Assembly: GCA_049999805.1 (NCBI GenBank)
Contig: JBNGIO010006371.1
Location: 69,747 to 89,746, forward strand
Source: Folioceros fuciformis
Taxonomy: Eukaryota
Reading direction: 5' to 3'
Length of the DNA: 20,000 nucleotides
A model generated the notes under the pieces. It made no database searches. It was given only the letters and a program-made list of their open reading frames with translations, and had not been told where the DNA came from. The position numbers were made by a program, and so were the translations under genes. Positions 1-9,179 of this stretch are shown here, piece by piece. Positions within the stretch are counted from its first letter, which is position 1. The number at the start of each line of letters is the position of its first letter.

Positions 1-586
1 TGGTCCCCATGCTACCATGGGGATCCGCATCGCATGTATGGGGCATTGGAGGTGCCAAGTGGATCACTCCCTCCAGGAGCTTCCACCTAATAAGCCAGAA
101 AGCGTCAAAGAGGACCAAGTCGCTCACGCCTACGGTGCAGGCAGGCTATGCACGGGAGGCGGAGCGAGGGCCACTCCCTCCAAATATGCTACATATGCTG
201 CGGAACTGGAGGGGAAAGGGCCACGTCGCCAGCGTGCGGCCTGGTCAACAGATGGAGCTCCCATTTTGTCTTGGGGCATCTGCAAACTATGTCCAAGGTC
301 GCTACTCGACGACGGTGACGAGGATGGCGGTAGGACGGTGGGCTCCCTGTTACGGCCACTGGCTTGGCCCTGGCTCAAATCCTGAAGTCGCCCACGTGTC
401 GCCTACCAATTTCCTCGCACCGCCAATGCATTGCGATTGGCTTGTCCTACCTAGAGTCGCTGGGAATTGGAGGAAGGAAATCGGAGGCCAGAGGTTTTAG
501 AGGCTGGATGTTATTGCGTGACGCGTCAGACCTAAATCTAGTTGCATGTTGGCTTGCTGTCATCAGTGGGCTAAACCAGCAGCGAA

Positions 587-2465
587 TCAGGTAGGCGGGT
601 TTGTGTGCACTGCTGGGGCGCCACAACTTCCAGAGGTACAAGTACCCTGTTGTCCCTCGTCGGCAAACCTGGCGAGCCACATAGCCTGGTTGGTCAGACA
701 TTTTAATGCCACAGTGTAGCACAGAGATGAGAGCAGCACAGTCTAGGGGAAGGCACGCACCCAAGTTCGGATAATTTCAGATGCGCTTCGGCATAATCCG
801 AGAAGAAGGCATCCTCGTCCTGCATCGGGGGACATGCTTTTAGCCTACAGTGTTTGAAGGAGTTGCACCCACGTGGAGGATGAGTTTCAATCTGCACCTT
901 GGCATAGAGCTCAACATACGGGCGGAAACCAGGGTCTTCAACCAGGATCTTGTCTGTAGGCAGCTGCACTATGCCTTCACGTTCCCCTGACAGCAGTTCT
1001 CTGTCACAAGTTTGGTAAAGTTAAAAGCCTCAACCAAGTCCAGGTGCGTTGTGGTAGACAAGTGGACTTACAGAAAGAAGGCGTTATCGAAGTAGAGCGG
1101 GTTCTCTGTCCAAGGGCCCTCGAAGCCCGACCGCTCCATATGGCATCGTCCCTGCCAAGGACCGGTGACATGTCAGAGGGGGTGATCATCTATTTCGGGC
1201 TCTTGGAGTGGATTGGCTAATTGCGATTCAGTTCATACAAGAGTGTGGGCCCCGGACAGAGCAACAATTTCCTTGTCGTTCAAGCCCATATGACCGAACA
1301 CCTCTCGCAGATGGTCTGCCCCTGCAATCTCACCAGCAGCAACCAAGGCGTAGTAAGAGTCATTCACCCACTGCCTGCCGCCTCTGCAGCTCCAACGACT
1401 ATTATACGTCAATGACAACGACACGAATATGAGACAACTCTGAACCTTTCTTTGCATCTGGCAATCGACCTTCTTCCGGGACAGTTGTCAAATCCTGCGC
1501 CAAGAGATCATCCCATGGCTCAGGTGCGTTCTCAAAGAAAATTATAAAGAAATCAAGGACATGGAAAAGGTGCCAACATCACATGGGCTCAGGGTAAAGG
1601 TCTGTACAACCTGTCGGCCCGGGTGGAATGGAATTTCGGGTCCACCAGTTATCTCAACAGCAACCACGCCCGCTAGCTGCATCTCAAGGATGCGGTCACT
1701 TCTCGTTATTAAAATGTCCGCATCTCACTGCGCAATGGTTCAGGAACTGTGACATGTAGGCTACATCAGAGTATCTGCTACCAAGAACCAGGGGGATGCG
1801 TAGGCCATTGTAACAGTTGTGAATGTAACTTTAGCCAGATAGATAAAGCCAATTATGGACATATGCTCGTCTACGGGACGATACTGCATTGAGAGATCTT
1901 TTTCTTATGGCGATCCCCAGTCATCAAACATGAACCCGGTGGCAGAGGGAAGAGGGCTGAACATGGAAGACACACCTGATAGAAATCTGCATAAGTAAGG
2001 ATTGGAAATTGCTTCTTCACAGGTTCAAGAAGCTCAACAGCAATATCGAGACCCTTGTTAGCCTCGTGCGCAAGCTCTTCTGGACACCGGATGGTTCCGA
2101 AAGGCCCTCCAGTTCTGGTCTTGCAGTCATATGTCCCAGCTCCATGCCACCTGCTCCAGCATCACATTCAAGGATCATGGCTTCAAGGCCCTTTCGACCT
2201 ACAGCTAAAATACTTGCACTAGGTCTGTATCGCTACTCACGCAAGCCGAAGAATAATTGGAGCACAGTTTTTCTCTGTCCCCCCAAAGCAGTGCACAGGC
2301 GACCTAGTCAGGCCAGCGATTCTCATCTGAGACAGTTCAAAATACTTGATGTAAGACACGCCTGGAAATTGCCCGAGTACCAGCTATGCGAGCCCGGAGT
2401 TTCCTTCGAGCCTTGTGAACAGCGACATTGTACTCGCTGCTCACGGTGGGGTAAACCTTTCCCAT
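587..2465 (-). CDS. APX: L-ascorbate peroxidase, cytosolic type, 10 coding exons (2465-2381, 2274-2241, 2150-1976, 1676-1611, 1494-1446, 1321-1239, 1151-1072, 1000-898, 819-761, 668-587), 271 aa
   Basis: Manual splicing at GT-AG sites gives an uninterrupted frame: [12 protein letters not shown]...[21 protein letters not shown]...[27 protein letters not shown]...[22 protein letters not shown]...QLPTDK...[13 protein letters not shown]...PPT*. Distal R/W/H, proximal H and ascorbate-binding K/C/R residues are present. Confidence 0.96.
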
Positions 2466-2591
2466 GAATGCTTCTACGGAAGCAGCAAAAGGTCCGATTT
2501 GGAGCTTGTCAAGAATCTTCCTGTCGTAATTTACAGTCTGCTGTGCGACAAAAATGAGTGCCGACAAAGAACTCACTCACGAGTCAATCAA

Positions 2592-2691
2592 NNNNNNNNN
2601 NNNNNNNNNNNNNNNNNNNNNNNNNNNNNNNNNNNNNNNNNNNNNNNNNNNNNNNNNNNNNNNNNNNNNNNNNNNNNNNNNNNNNNNNNNN
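2592..2691. other. Assembly gap (100 N, true size unknown)
   Basis: Run of 100 n. Confidence 1.
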
Positions 2692-2934
2692 ACTGATGCA
2701 GAGACTCCAGCGACTGATTTGGCGGGAGCAGAGCAGGACAGGACAGGCTGCCGTTCTTGCGTCTTCCTCGCGCCTTGATTGCGCAGGGAGAGTGACGGAG
2801 TTCGAACTGAACCATAGGAGATTCTTATCACCCAGCCTCACAGAATCGCGATTCTTTCTCATTCGATGTTCCCTCCTTCCGCGTAGAGGGGAGGGAGCGA
2901 GGGGGTGCAGAGGGACGGCCGGCAGCGGAAGGAG

Positions 2935-3717
2935 ATGGCAGCAGCCGCAGGCATAGCCACTTGTCACAGGGTGGCAGACTCGCAGCTGCTTCCAGACGGA
3001 GGCGAGTATCACCTGCACGAAGCTGCCATAATGTGTGCAGTGCACGGTCAACTGCGGCGCTACGGAGCTCGCCCGGAAGACTGGAAGTTCGTGGTCAGGA
3101 ATTTAGGCAATGCCGTGCTGCCGATTTGCGGTCCTTTGGCGTGAGGCCTTGTGGACCCCGGCCTTGTACGAGGGGCTCAGCGCAGGGGAATGAGCCTTTG
3201 AGCCCCGCGGGCTGCCGGTGTCAGGGTGAGCTTGCTTTTGGAGACGACGTTTTTTAGCAAATGTTCAGAATTGCTGCCTGCCGTGTCAGAGTGAATGCCT
3301 TCTCGGTGAATACTTCGGGTACCTGTGCCCGGATTTGCAGACCACCTTTCAGTCGGGAGTACAAACAAAAAGCAGTCTTGCACAAACTGCAGAACGGTGA
3401 GCCTCCACTGACGCCAGTCCAGGGTTTCTGATTGCTCTTGTCAGTCCTTTACAGCTGTTGCAAGGACTATTGTGTGCTCCCACTGTACAGGAGACGCGGA
3501 AATGCCGTGGGTCACTTGCAATGGCGGGTTCGATGCAGGCCGAATTAGCTGGCTGCGTAGGTACTACGTACTGTACCAATTCCGTTCGCTCCACCTCCCT
3601 CGAGCGTTGCTGGTTTGTCTTTCCAGGCCTGAGTTTTACTCTCCTCTAAGTGTGTGTAGGCGATCCTGCAGGGGCACGAAACAGATGCTATGCGGAGAGG
3701 GCAACGTGCCGGATTAA
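2935..3717 (+). pseudogene. Probable decayed spliced gene with a degenerate DnaJ-type zinc-finger-like C-terminus (putative exons 2935-3225, 3341-3396, 3455-3560, 3627-3717)
   Basis: Plausible donors (G|GTGAG at 3226 and 3397; AG|GTAC at 3561) and acceptors (TTTGCAG 3340, TTTACAG 3454, TTCCAG 3626). The last three exons splice to ...IVCSHCTGDAEMPWVTCNGG...VCRRSCRGTKQMLCGEGNVPD*, resembling CxxCxG repeats with two Cys replaced (W, G). Exon 1 needs a frameshift near 3120 and contains TGA at 3191. Confidence 0.35.
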
Positions 3718-4004
3718 TTGCGGCTTTCTGAACGCCATCATTGCCCCGAAAACCTAAGCCAGTGCATCACAGCAGTCTCCTTTGCCGCCATGATTCATGG
3801 CGAAGTCGGTCCTCTACCTTGTGTTATGAAGTCGAGACATCGAACTCAACTTGGAACTTCGTAGGCTGTGCGGCAGCGCTCTTCGGGGAAGAGCTTGGGA
3901 CGAACGCCTGCGTAGAGGTAAAGCACTCCTTTACATATATTTTACTAATTTTATATTTATATTATCAGTTTATATATAACATACAATCACACCAACTGCT
4001 TCTG

Positions 4005-4027
4005 TTTTTTTTTTTTTTTTTTTTTTT
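4005..4027 (-). repeat. Poly(A)23 tract on the PPO1 sense strand (T23 on +)
   Basis: 23 consecutive T, 46 nt beyond the PPO1 stop codon. Confidence 0.95.
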
Positions 4028-4073
4028 CTCACTCGTCTAACTGTGATACTATTTAAGACACCAATCTAATATC

Positions 4074-5828
4074 TCATATTGATTCATAAGTGATATATGC
4101 TTTGCCTATAGTTACAGGATTATCTAAGGTATGTTGGATGCCAGCAACAATAGTCACAACAATCTCATCTAACTTCGTAGCATGTAATTGCTTTAGTTTA
4201 AGACCCAATCCCACACGACATAATGTTCTATTGCCTGCAGGAATTGTATTTGGTAGATTGTCATACACTGCAGAGAACTCTGCACAACTAACATTGCTAT
4301 CTCCTTCTGACGCATTAGGAAACAACAAAAAGGCACGGACCTGGGCTGGCTTGGACCAATTCATTTGCATACCCTCAAAGACGAGCACCTCTTCTAGTGA
4401 GTCCACAGTCATGTCCTTCGCATTATCTGTCCTATGTGAACACCTGCCCTTAGCATTATCTGTCCTATGTGAACTCATGCCCTTAGCATTATTTGTCTCC
4501 TTGTAGTGGCCAAAAGTGAAGTGGGTAGTACAGTTGCTTCTTTTTGGTCGTTGAAGACGTAATACAACTGGAGAACCCCAAACAACTTGGAGAGTAGAGT
4601 TGTCATATAATGGTATTGAGTTGATCCAAGCTAATCTGTCATCCTTAGATGCAAACTTTGAGCAAATATTGGGCTTGAATTCATACCACTTCTTATCACT
4701 ATCATCAGGTGCCGTCTCATATTTGTAGCGAAGTTGAGTCTCACTGTCCAAGTTTTGGTTCACTTTAACGATAACTGGCTGGGCTTTTTCATTGTAGAAA
4801 AGAAACTCTGTTTCAAGATAATCTGGGTCACGTATATCCACCCGCCACTCACCAAAGCTTTTCCACACATTCCACAAGCGGTCAATATTGGCATGATGTA
4901 TGTAGAATATTGGATCATTTCCACTGAAAGCAAGAGACCCCATGTCAATACTATCCTCCTCATACATATTGCCAGTCCAAGAATGCACAGAGTCATGCAC
5001 ACTTGATTCCACCAAACCTTGTCCAGATGCTAAAGCTTCAGTGATGGTCGGATCTCCGGATCGAAAGGGCTGCCCGTGAAATAATAACCTTGTGGTAGAA
5101 CCTGTGACCATAGCCAAGTTCAAGGTGGCTAAATTGTTCATGCGCAACTCCTCTGTGTTGTTTTGTGGGTCATAAACAAAAGGAGGAATAGCATCTGAAT
5201 CGTCTTGGAACGTGAGATTAGCCATGGCAGGTCGGAGGTGGTTTGCATTCCGATGGACATCGTTCAAGGAGGCATAATTTTGATAGGGAGCTGGAATAGC
5301 TGCAGCATCTTGGTTATCCCAATTCCAATAGGGCAATGAAAACGTCGGGTCATCTAGTAAGGAAGCAAGAGTCTGCTCATGAAAGTAAAGATACCAACGA
5401 TGCCAAGAGAAAAAGAACCAAGTATAGTGAACTTGCCACATTGCAGGGTCACCACTACTCGGATCTATCCATCCCGTAGGAAATTGCAAAGTACAATAAG
5501 CACAATGCATTCGCCGTTGTTGCTCCAAGCTTCGAGGATCCTCGTCGGGAAGAGCTCGCATTAATTCGTAAGCTTTGGAAAGCCGTTGTTGCTCGGCTGC
5601 AGTCAAAAGGTGTGCAGGACGTCGGACCCGGATTGTTGGAACGTCTTCTTGGGTTGGATTTGTAAAATGAATAGTACCATTGTCATAGCTCTTAGAAGGA
5701 CAACATGCATCATCTAGACATTCAGAAAACTTGGGGGCTGGAATAGGATCAGCATCTCCCAACAAAACATAGACATAACCACAACAAACCATAAGCAAAA
5801 GCTTGTTCACAAACTTCATTCCTGCCAT
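4074..5828 (-). CDS. PPO: Polyphenol oxidase (type-3 copper) paralogue 1, intronless, signal peptide, 584 aa (alternative ATG at 5819)
   Basis: CuA HCAYC...QVHYTWFFFSWHRWYLYFHE; CuB HDSVH...DMG...DPIFYIHHANIDRLW; PYWNWD; DYL (DWL-type) and LRYKY motifs; EEVLVFEG C-terminal domain. A short hydrophobic N-terminus precedes DPIPAP. Confidence 0.97.
   Translation of the reverse strand: MAGMKFVNKLLLMVCCGYVYVLLGDADPIPAPKFSECLDDACCPSKSYDNGTIHFTNPTQEDVPTIRVRRPAHLLTAAEQQRLSKAYELMRALPDEDPRSLEQQRRMHCAYCTLQFPTGWIDPSSGDPAMWQVHYTWFFFSWHRWYLYFHEQTLASLLDDPTFSLPYWNWDNQDAAAIPAPYQNYASLNDVHRNANHLRPAMANLTFQDDSDAIPPFVYDPQNNTEELRMNNLATLNLAMVTGSTTRLLFHGQPFRSGDPTITEALASGQGLVESSVHDSVHSWTGNMYEEDSIDMGSLAFSGNDPIFYIHHANIDRLWNVWKSFGEWRVDIRDPDYLETEFLFYNEKAQPVIVKVNQNLDSETQLRYKYETAPDDSDKKWYEFKPNICSKFASKDDRLAWINSIPLYDNSTLQVVWGSPVVLRLQRPKRSNCTTHFTFGHYKETNNAKGMSSHRTDNAKGRCSHRTDNAKDMTVDSLEEVLVFEGMQMNWSKPAQVRAFLLFPNASEGDSNVSCAEFSAVYDNLPNTIPAGNRTLCRVGLGLKLKQLHATKLDEIVVTIVAGIQHTLDNPVTIGKAYITYESI
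4414..4497 (-). repeat. 33-nt in-frame tandem repeat (~2.5 copies) encoding NAKGxxSHRTD in PPO1
   Basis: gcattat recurs at 4420, 4453 and 4486; protein NAKGMSSHRTD-NAKGRCSHRTD-NAKD. Confidence 0.95.
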
Positions 5829-6059
5829 AGTACGCAAAGCTAAAATATCTCTTAGCGCAGGAAGCTCATCCTATTCTTGATGTTAGTGCCCTTTTATGCT
5901 ATGTAGCATCCCGTTGCGTTGTCGTTTTCAAGACGCCACCAAATGACAAATTTTACTTGGCTTGTGCAAAGTATCAGATCATGGAATGCACAATGAAGTT
6001 AGCGCACCAAACTGTACCTCAGGGATGTCGAGTAGGTACGCGGGTTGGGTGGAACGTCG

Positions 6060-6920
6060 AGGTTTTCCCGCCTTGGTCGAACGAATGTTTTTGGTTGGCC
6101 GGACGCAAGTTCCTTGTACAATCTCTCCAGGCCGCCGGTGATCCTTACCTTCCTCGCTCGTTGCCTTTGGGTGTGGTGCTCTTACGATTCGCGGTCTTTC
6201 CGTGCCGATCTCAACTGCCCTCCTGGCAGCGGCGGTGGCGGCGGTGGCGGGGGCAGGATTGGCTCGCTCAATTCTGCGGAAGGCTGGTGAATGATTTCGG
6301 TGACGTCAACATGGACCAGCAAATGACCAGCACACATTTTCCCACGGGTTGCTGAACCGTAGATGTTGCGTTTCAAGCTTTCCGGTTGCTTGGAATGATG
6401 GTCACAGGGTGCTCCTGCGTGGAAGTTCTGGAGACCAAGCTGCACCTCCCATGCTTTTGGTGATCTTTGGTGTTACGAAATGACAAGCGGACTGGCACGG
6501 AACAAGGATGGCACGTCAGCCGCCCCACGGCGAATTTCTGTGGGAGGCGTGTCCGAGCAAACGCGAAGCCAGACAGGGTTGTGCAGGCGGAGGATGTGAC
6601 TGTCGGCCAGGCAACAAATGTCGGTCACGGTTCTTCTCTTCGGTACGATTTGCGCGGGTAGCTCACTAATCAGGGCTCGGGACGGAAGTTTTTGGTGCTG
6701 CCTATGCCATGGAGGAAGATTCTGTATTATAACCCTAAGCTTCACTGCGTGTGATCGTTTTTGGAGAACAATCGGCGAGAAAATGCAATGCCGGGTCCTT
6801 TCTCTTGGGGCTCTTGCTATTGCTTGTTTTGAGCTGCTTCTAGGGTCTCAGCCTGTGTTGCTTCGAGGCCCTATGATGGCTCCAAGCCAAAACGGGCCCA
6901 AGCCTCAGTACATCTGTGGG
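6060..6920 (+). pseudogene. Decayed carboxylesterase copy A (5' leader, exons 1-2, start of exon 3)
   Basis: Matches the intact CXE: gatttcggtgacgtcaacATGGAC vs gatttcggtgacgtgaagATGGAC. Fragments TSGLARNKDGT / RRVRANAKP / CHGGRFCIITLSFTACDRFWRTI lie in different frames. Boundaries approximate. Confidence 0.88.
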
Positions 6921-7310
6921 TTTGTAAAGGTGAATTACCCTCTTGAATGTTCACACCCAGCTTTTGCAAGGACATGTTCCATCACCCGTGGAGAAGGTCT
7001 TGTGCAAGGATTTCTTCCTCCTGCAACGGCAACTCTGACAGTCCCCTGCGGAACCTCAAACCCCAAAGCTTCTGTCCGACCTCTGAACGCTGCCCTTCCC
7101 ACCAGTGCGGACCGCACTGGCCATCTACATCAGCTTCTCATCATTCATCCGCATTACAATCACGATCCCTCATGTCATCTTACCGCCAGTTGCACTGCAA
7201 GATTTCTACCTGAAGGGTTGTCAGTGATATTTGATGATGAGCCAGAGGCCAAGCTAAAGCGTCCCCACTGGCAGAGTTTTACGTAGTTTTAGAAAGTAGC
7301 ATTGCGTGTG

Positions 7311-7530
7311 TGCCTCCGAGGGCAGCTTGCTGGCACCAGCCATGGACTGGACTGTTGGGAGGGCTGTGCTGGGACCGAGCTTCTGGGTTTTGAGCGAACG
7401 GGAGGAAAAAGCAAGTAGGAAAGGAACAATTTCATTTGTCCTGCCAGAATGTGTAGACACTGATGCCTAGCTTCCAGAACTGTCCAAAGAAGTTCAACTT
7501 GCTATACAACTTCACTGCCCCGAGCTTACA
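7311..7530 (+). pseudogene. Decayed PFP-beta 3' fragment (copy 1), inverted relative to the intact gene
   Basis: gggcagcttgctggcaccagccatggactggactgttggg vs intact sense gggcaacttgctggcaccagccacggactggactgttggg. A weaker match atacaacttcact...gagctt corresponds to the gene end. A weak 5' remnant may lie at ~6955-7040. Confidence 0.85.
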
Positions 7531-7659
7531 AATTTGACATGGAACCCAGCTCACGATGCAGGTGTCTCCGAAATCGTAGTACACGAACTTCAGGTCACGC
7601 ATTTCCCCAAAGCTAAAGCATCAAAGAAAAGTCTTGCCGTTTCTCTGGAGCAATATCAG

Positions 7660-8095
7660 AAGAGGAATATTACCTGGGATTCTCTCGCAATTTTTCTCCA
7701 GAAGAGATCGTATCGATTCCAATGGCCGCAGCAACCTGGACGAAGGGATGAGCCCAGATCTTTGTCTCCGGATCAATAGTCACGTCCCTCGTCCACAATT
7801 CCTTTTCTGTCTTCGTGTTTGCTGGAACACCATGCTCGAACAACTCTGCCCGTCAGCCACAAGAACAGACAGATACTTCGTGCTACCACAAGAAGAGCGT
7901 AAATCCTAAGAACTTCTAATTCAGACAGGATGGAAGAGTAAGATAATGTCCGTGAGCGGCCCAGAGTGTGTTTTGGCTCCGAGCATCCACATTCTCATCA
8001 CCAAATCGGAAAACAACAACAGACAAAAACCAGGCAGTGCACCAGCTGGGTGCCAATGTTGGCACGACCAATTCACATCAAGCGCAACCGAATTG
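7660..8095 (-). pseudogene. Decayed carboxylesterase copy C (5' leader plus internally deleted exon 2)
   Basis: Minus strand tgtggacgagggacgtgactattgatccggagacaaagatc vs intact tgtggacgagggatgtgattattgagccggagacagagatc. The exon 2 end gcgagagaatcccag|gtaat is retained. Leader ctcttccatcctgtctgaatt vs ctcttccatgctgtctgaatt. The HGGG region is deleted. Confidence 0.88.
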
Positions 8096-8369
8096 TGTAA
8101 TGGGGAAGAGATTGTGGGATTGCTTTAGACAAGTTCTGGACTTGAATCCCCCTTTTACATCAAATTTTAAACAGGTTTGTCATCAGTAGAGGCCCCCAGC
8201 ACCCCAGCGACGTTTCCTACCACCGTGCCAGTCTGTCCCCCTCGCGAACATCTGGGCTCTTAACAGGGTCGCTTACGGAAATCTGGATTATTCCTATTCT
8301 GTTTCAGTCCTTCCGCACAAGCTGCAATGATGCTGTGCCCGGATTCTGTGTTCTTGTGCAACAATCTGC

Positions 8370-8900
8370 CTGTTGGTGGTCTTCTGCTCAACTAGTCTCT
8401 TCCCGATGAAGCACTTTTGTTATTTGGAGGGGTTCCTCGCTGTTAAGTTCTTCTATGGCTTCGAGAACTGTAAGCTTTGGTGCCTGTCTGACGTACTGTT
8501 ATGCAGCCAGCAGGAAAGGGGAGGGTTCAAGAGATGGTGGAAGAGGCATCCGTCCTTTTTTCTGCAGTGTCTTGTCCTGTCTGTGGAGGCGGTCGGCGAC
8601 AGGGAGCTAGAGCCTCAAGGTCATTTCAAATGGCTCCACCTCCTTACATTGCAAACTGCTGGTGGCCAGTAGTCGGCGACAGAATCGTAAGACTTTGGCT
8701 AACGGACTGGAGGTGAGGGTCCTCCGTTCATCTGAAGACTATCTGGAGCCCTGGTACTTCGAAGAAGCACACATGCACTCTGTGAAGGTTGATGCCGGCG
8801 GCTCTTCTCAACTCTGACCACGGAAACAGGTGTTTTGAGGCATTGTGGTGCCCCTCCTGCAGCATCTGCAACTCTAGCAAGGAACTCACAAGCGAACATA
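8370..8900 (+). pseudogene. Heavily decayed PFP-beta N-terminal/central fragment (copy 2)
   Basis: Collinear weak peptide matches to the intact PFP: FCYLEGFLAVKFFYGF / FDYLQTHASGSVLYGF; LSDVLLCSQQERGGF / ITDGFLFPYRNQGGF; GDRELEPQGHFK / GRDKIETAEQFK; LEVRV..KTI / LKTRV..KTI; VKVDA / VMVDA. Confidence 0.6.
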
Positions 8901-9179
8901 TTTTTCTAATAGTGACACCTGGCTCGCCAGGTTAGGCTCAAGGATAGGTGCAGGGTGATGGTCAATTTTTCTGGTGTTCTGGAGTCCAATGCCGTGTTTG
9001 GCTTGAACGCTTCTCTGGTCGGTTGGGCCAGTTGTGGCCGGTGCTAGGGCTGCTGTCTTTCACACTCTCTGTGTGCAATGGATACGGATAGCTGGAGTAA
9101 CCCTATTGCTGATGGCTCTGCCTCCTGTACTCAGCTGTTGCGGCTGCCATGCAAAATCGGTGATCTTCAATTCTTCTCT

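Noticed and set aside
9-500. Overlapping + ORFs (163 and 122 aa)
   Set aside because: No recognisable motif. One could be the last exon of a gene outside the window, but this cannot be supported.
666-679. 14-nt match to the reverse complement of ~8921-8934
   Set aside because: About one such match is expected by chance in 20 kb, and it does not extend.
1766-1927. TTGATGA and CTGA in the long APX intron as a snoRNA
   Set aside because: Boxes are ~160 nt apart, with no terminal stem and no recognisable rRNA guide.
3930-3985. Similarity to the AT-rich block at 11670-11750 as a MITE
   Set aside because: Low complexity; no terminal inverted repeats or target-site duplications seen.
4090-4506. 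Antisense ORFs over PPO1, PPO2 (10917-11429) and PFP (13908-14378, 14969-15835)
   Set aside because: Shadows of real coding strands; their mutual similarity reflects the paralogy.
6618-7286. 222-aa ORF as an independent gene
   Set aside because: It runs through CXE pseudogene exon, intron and decayed sequence, with no coherent domain.
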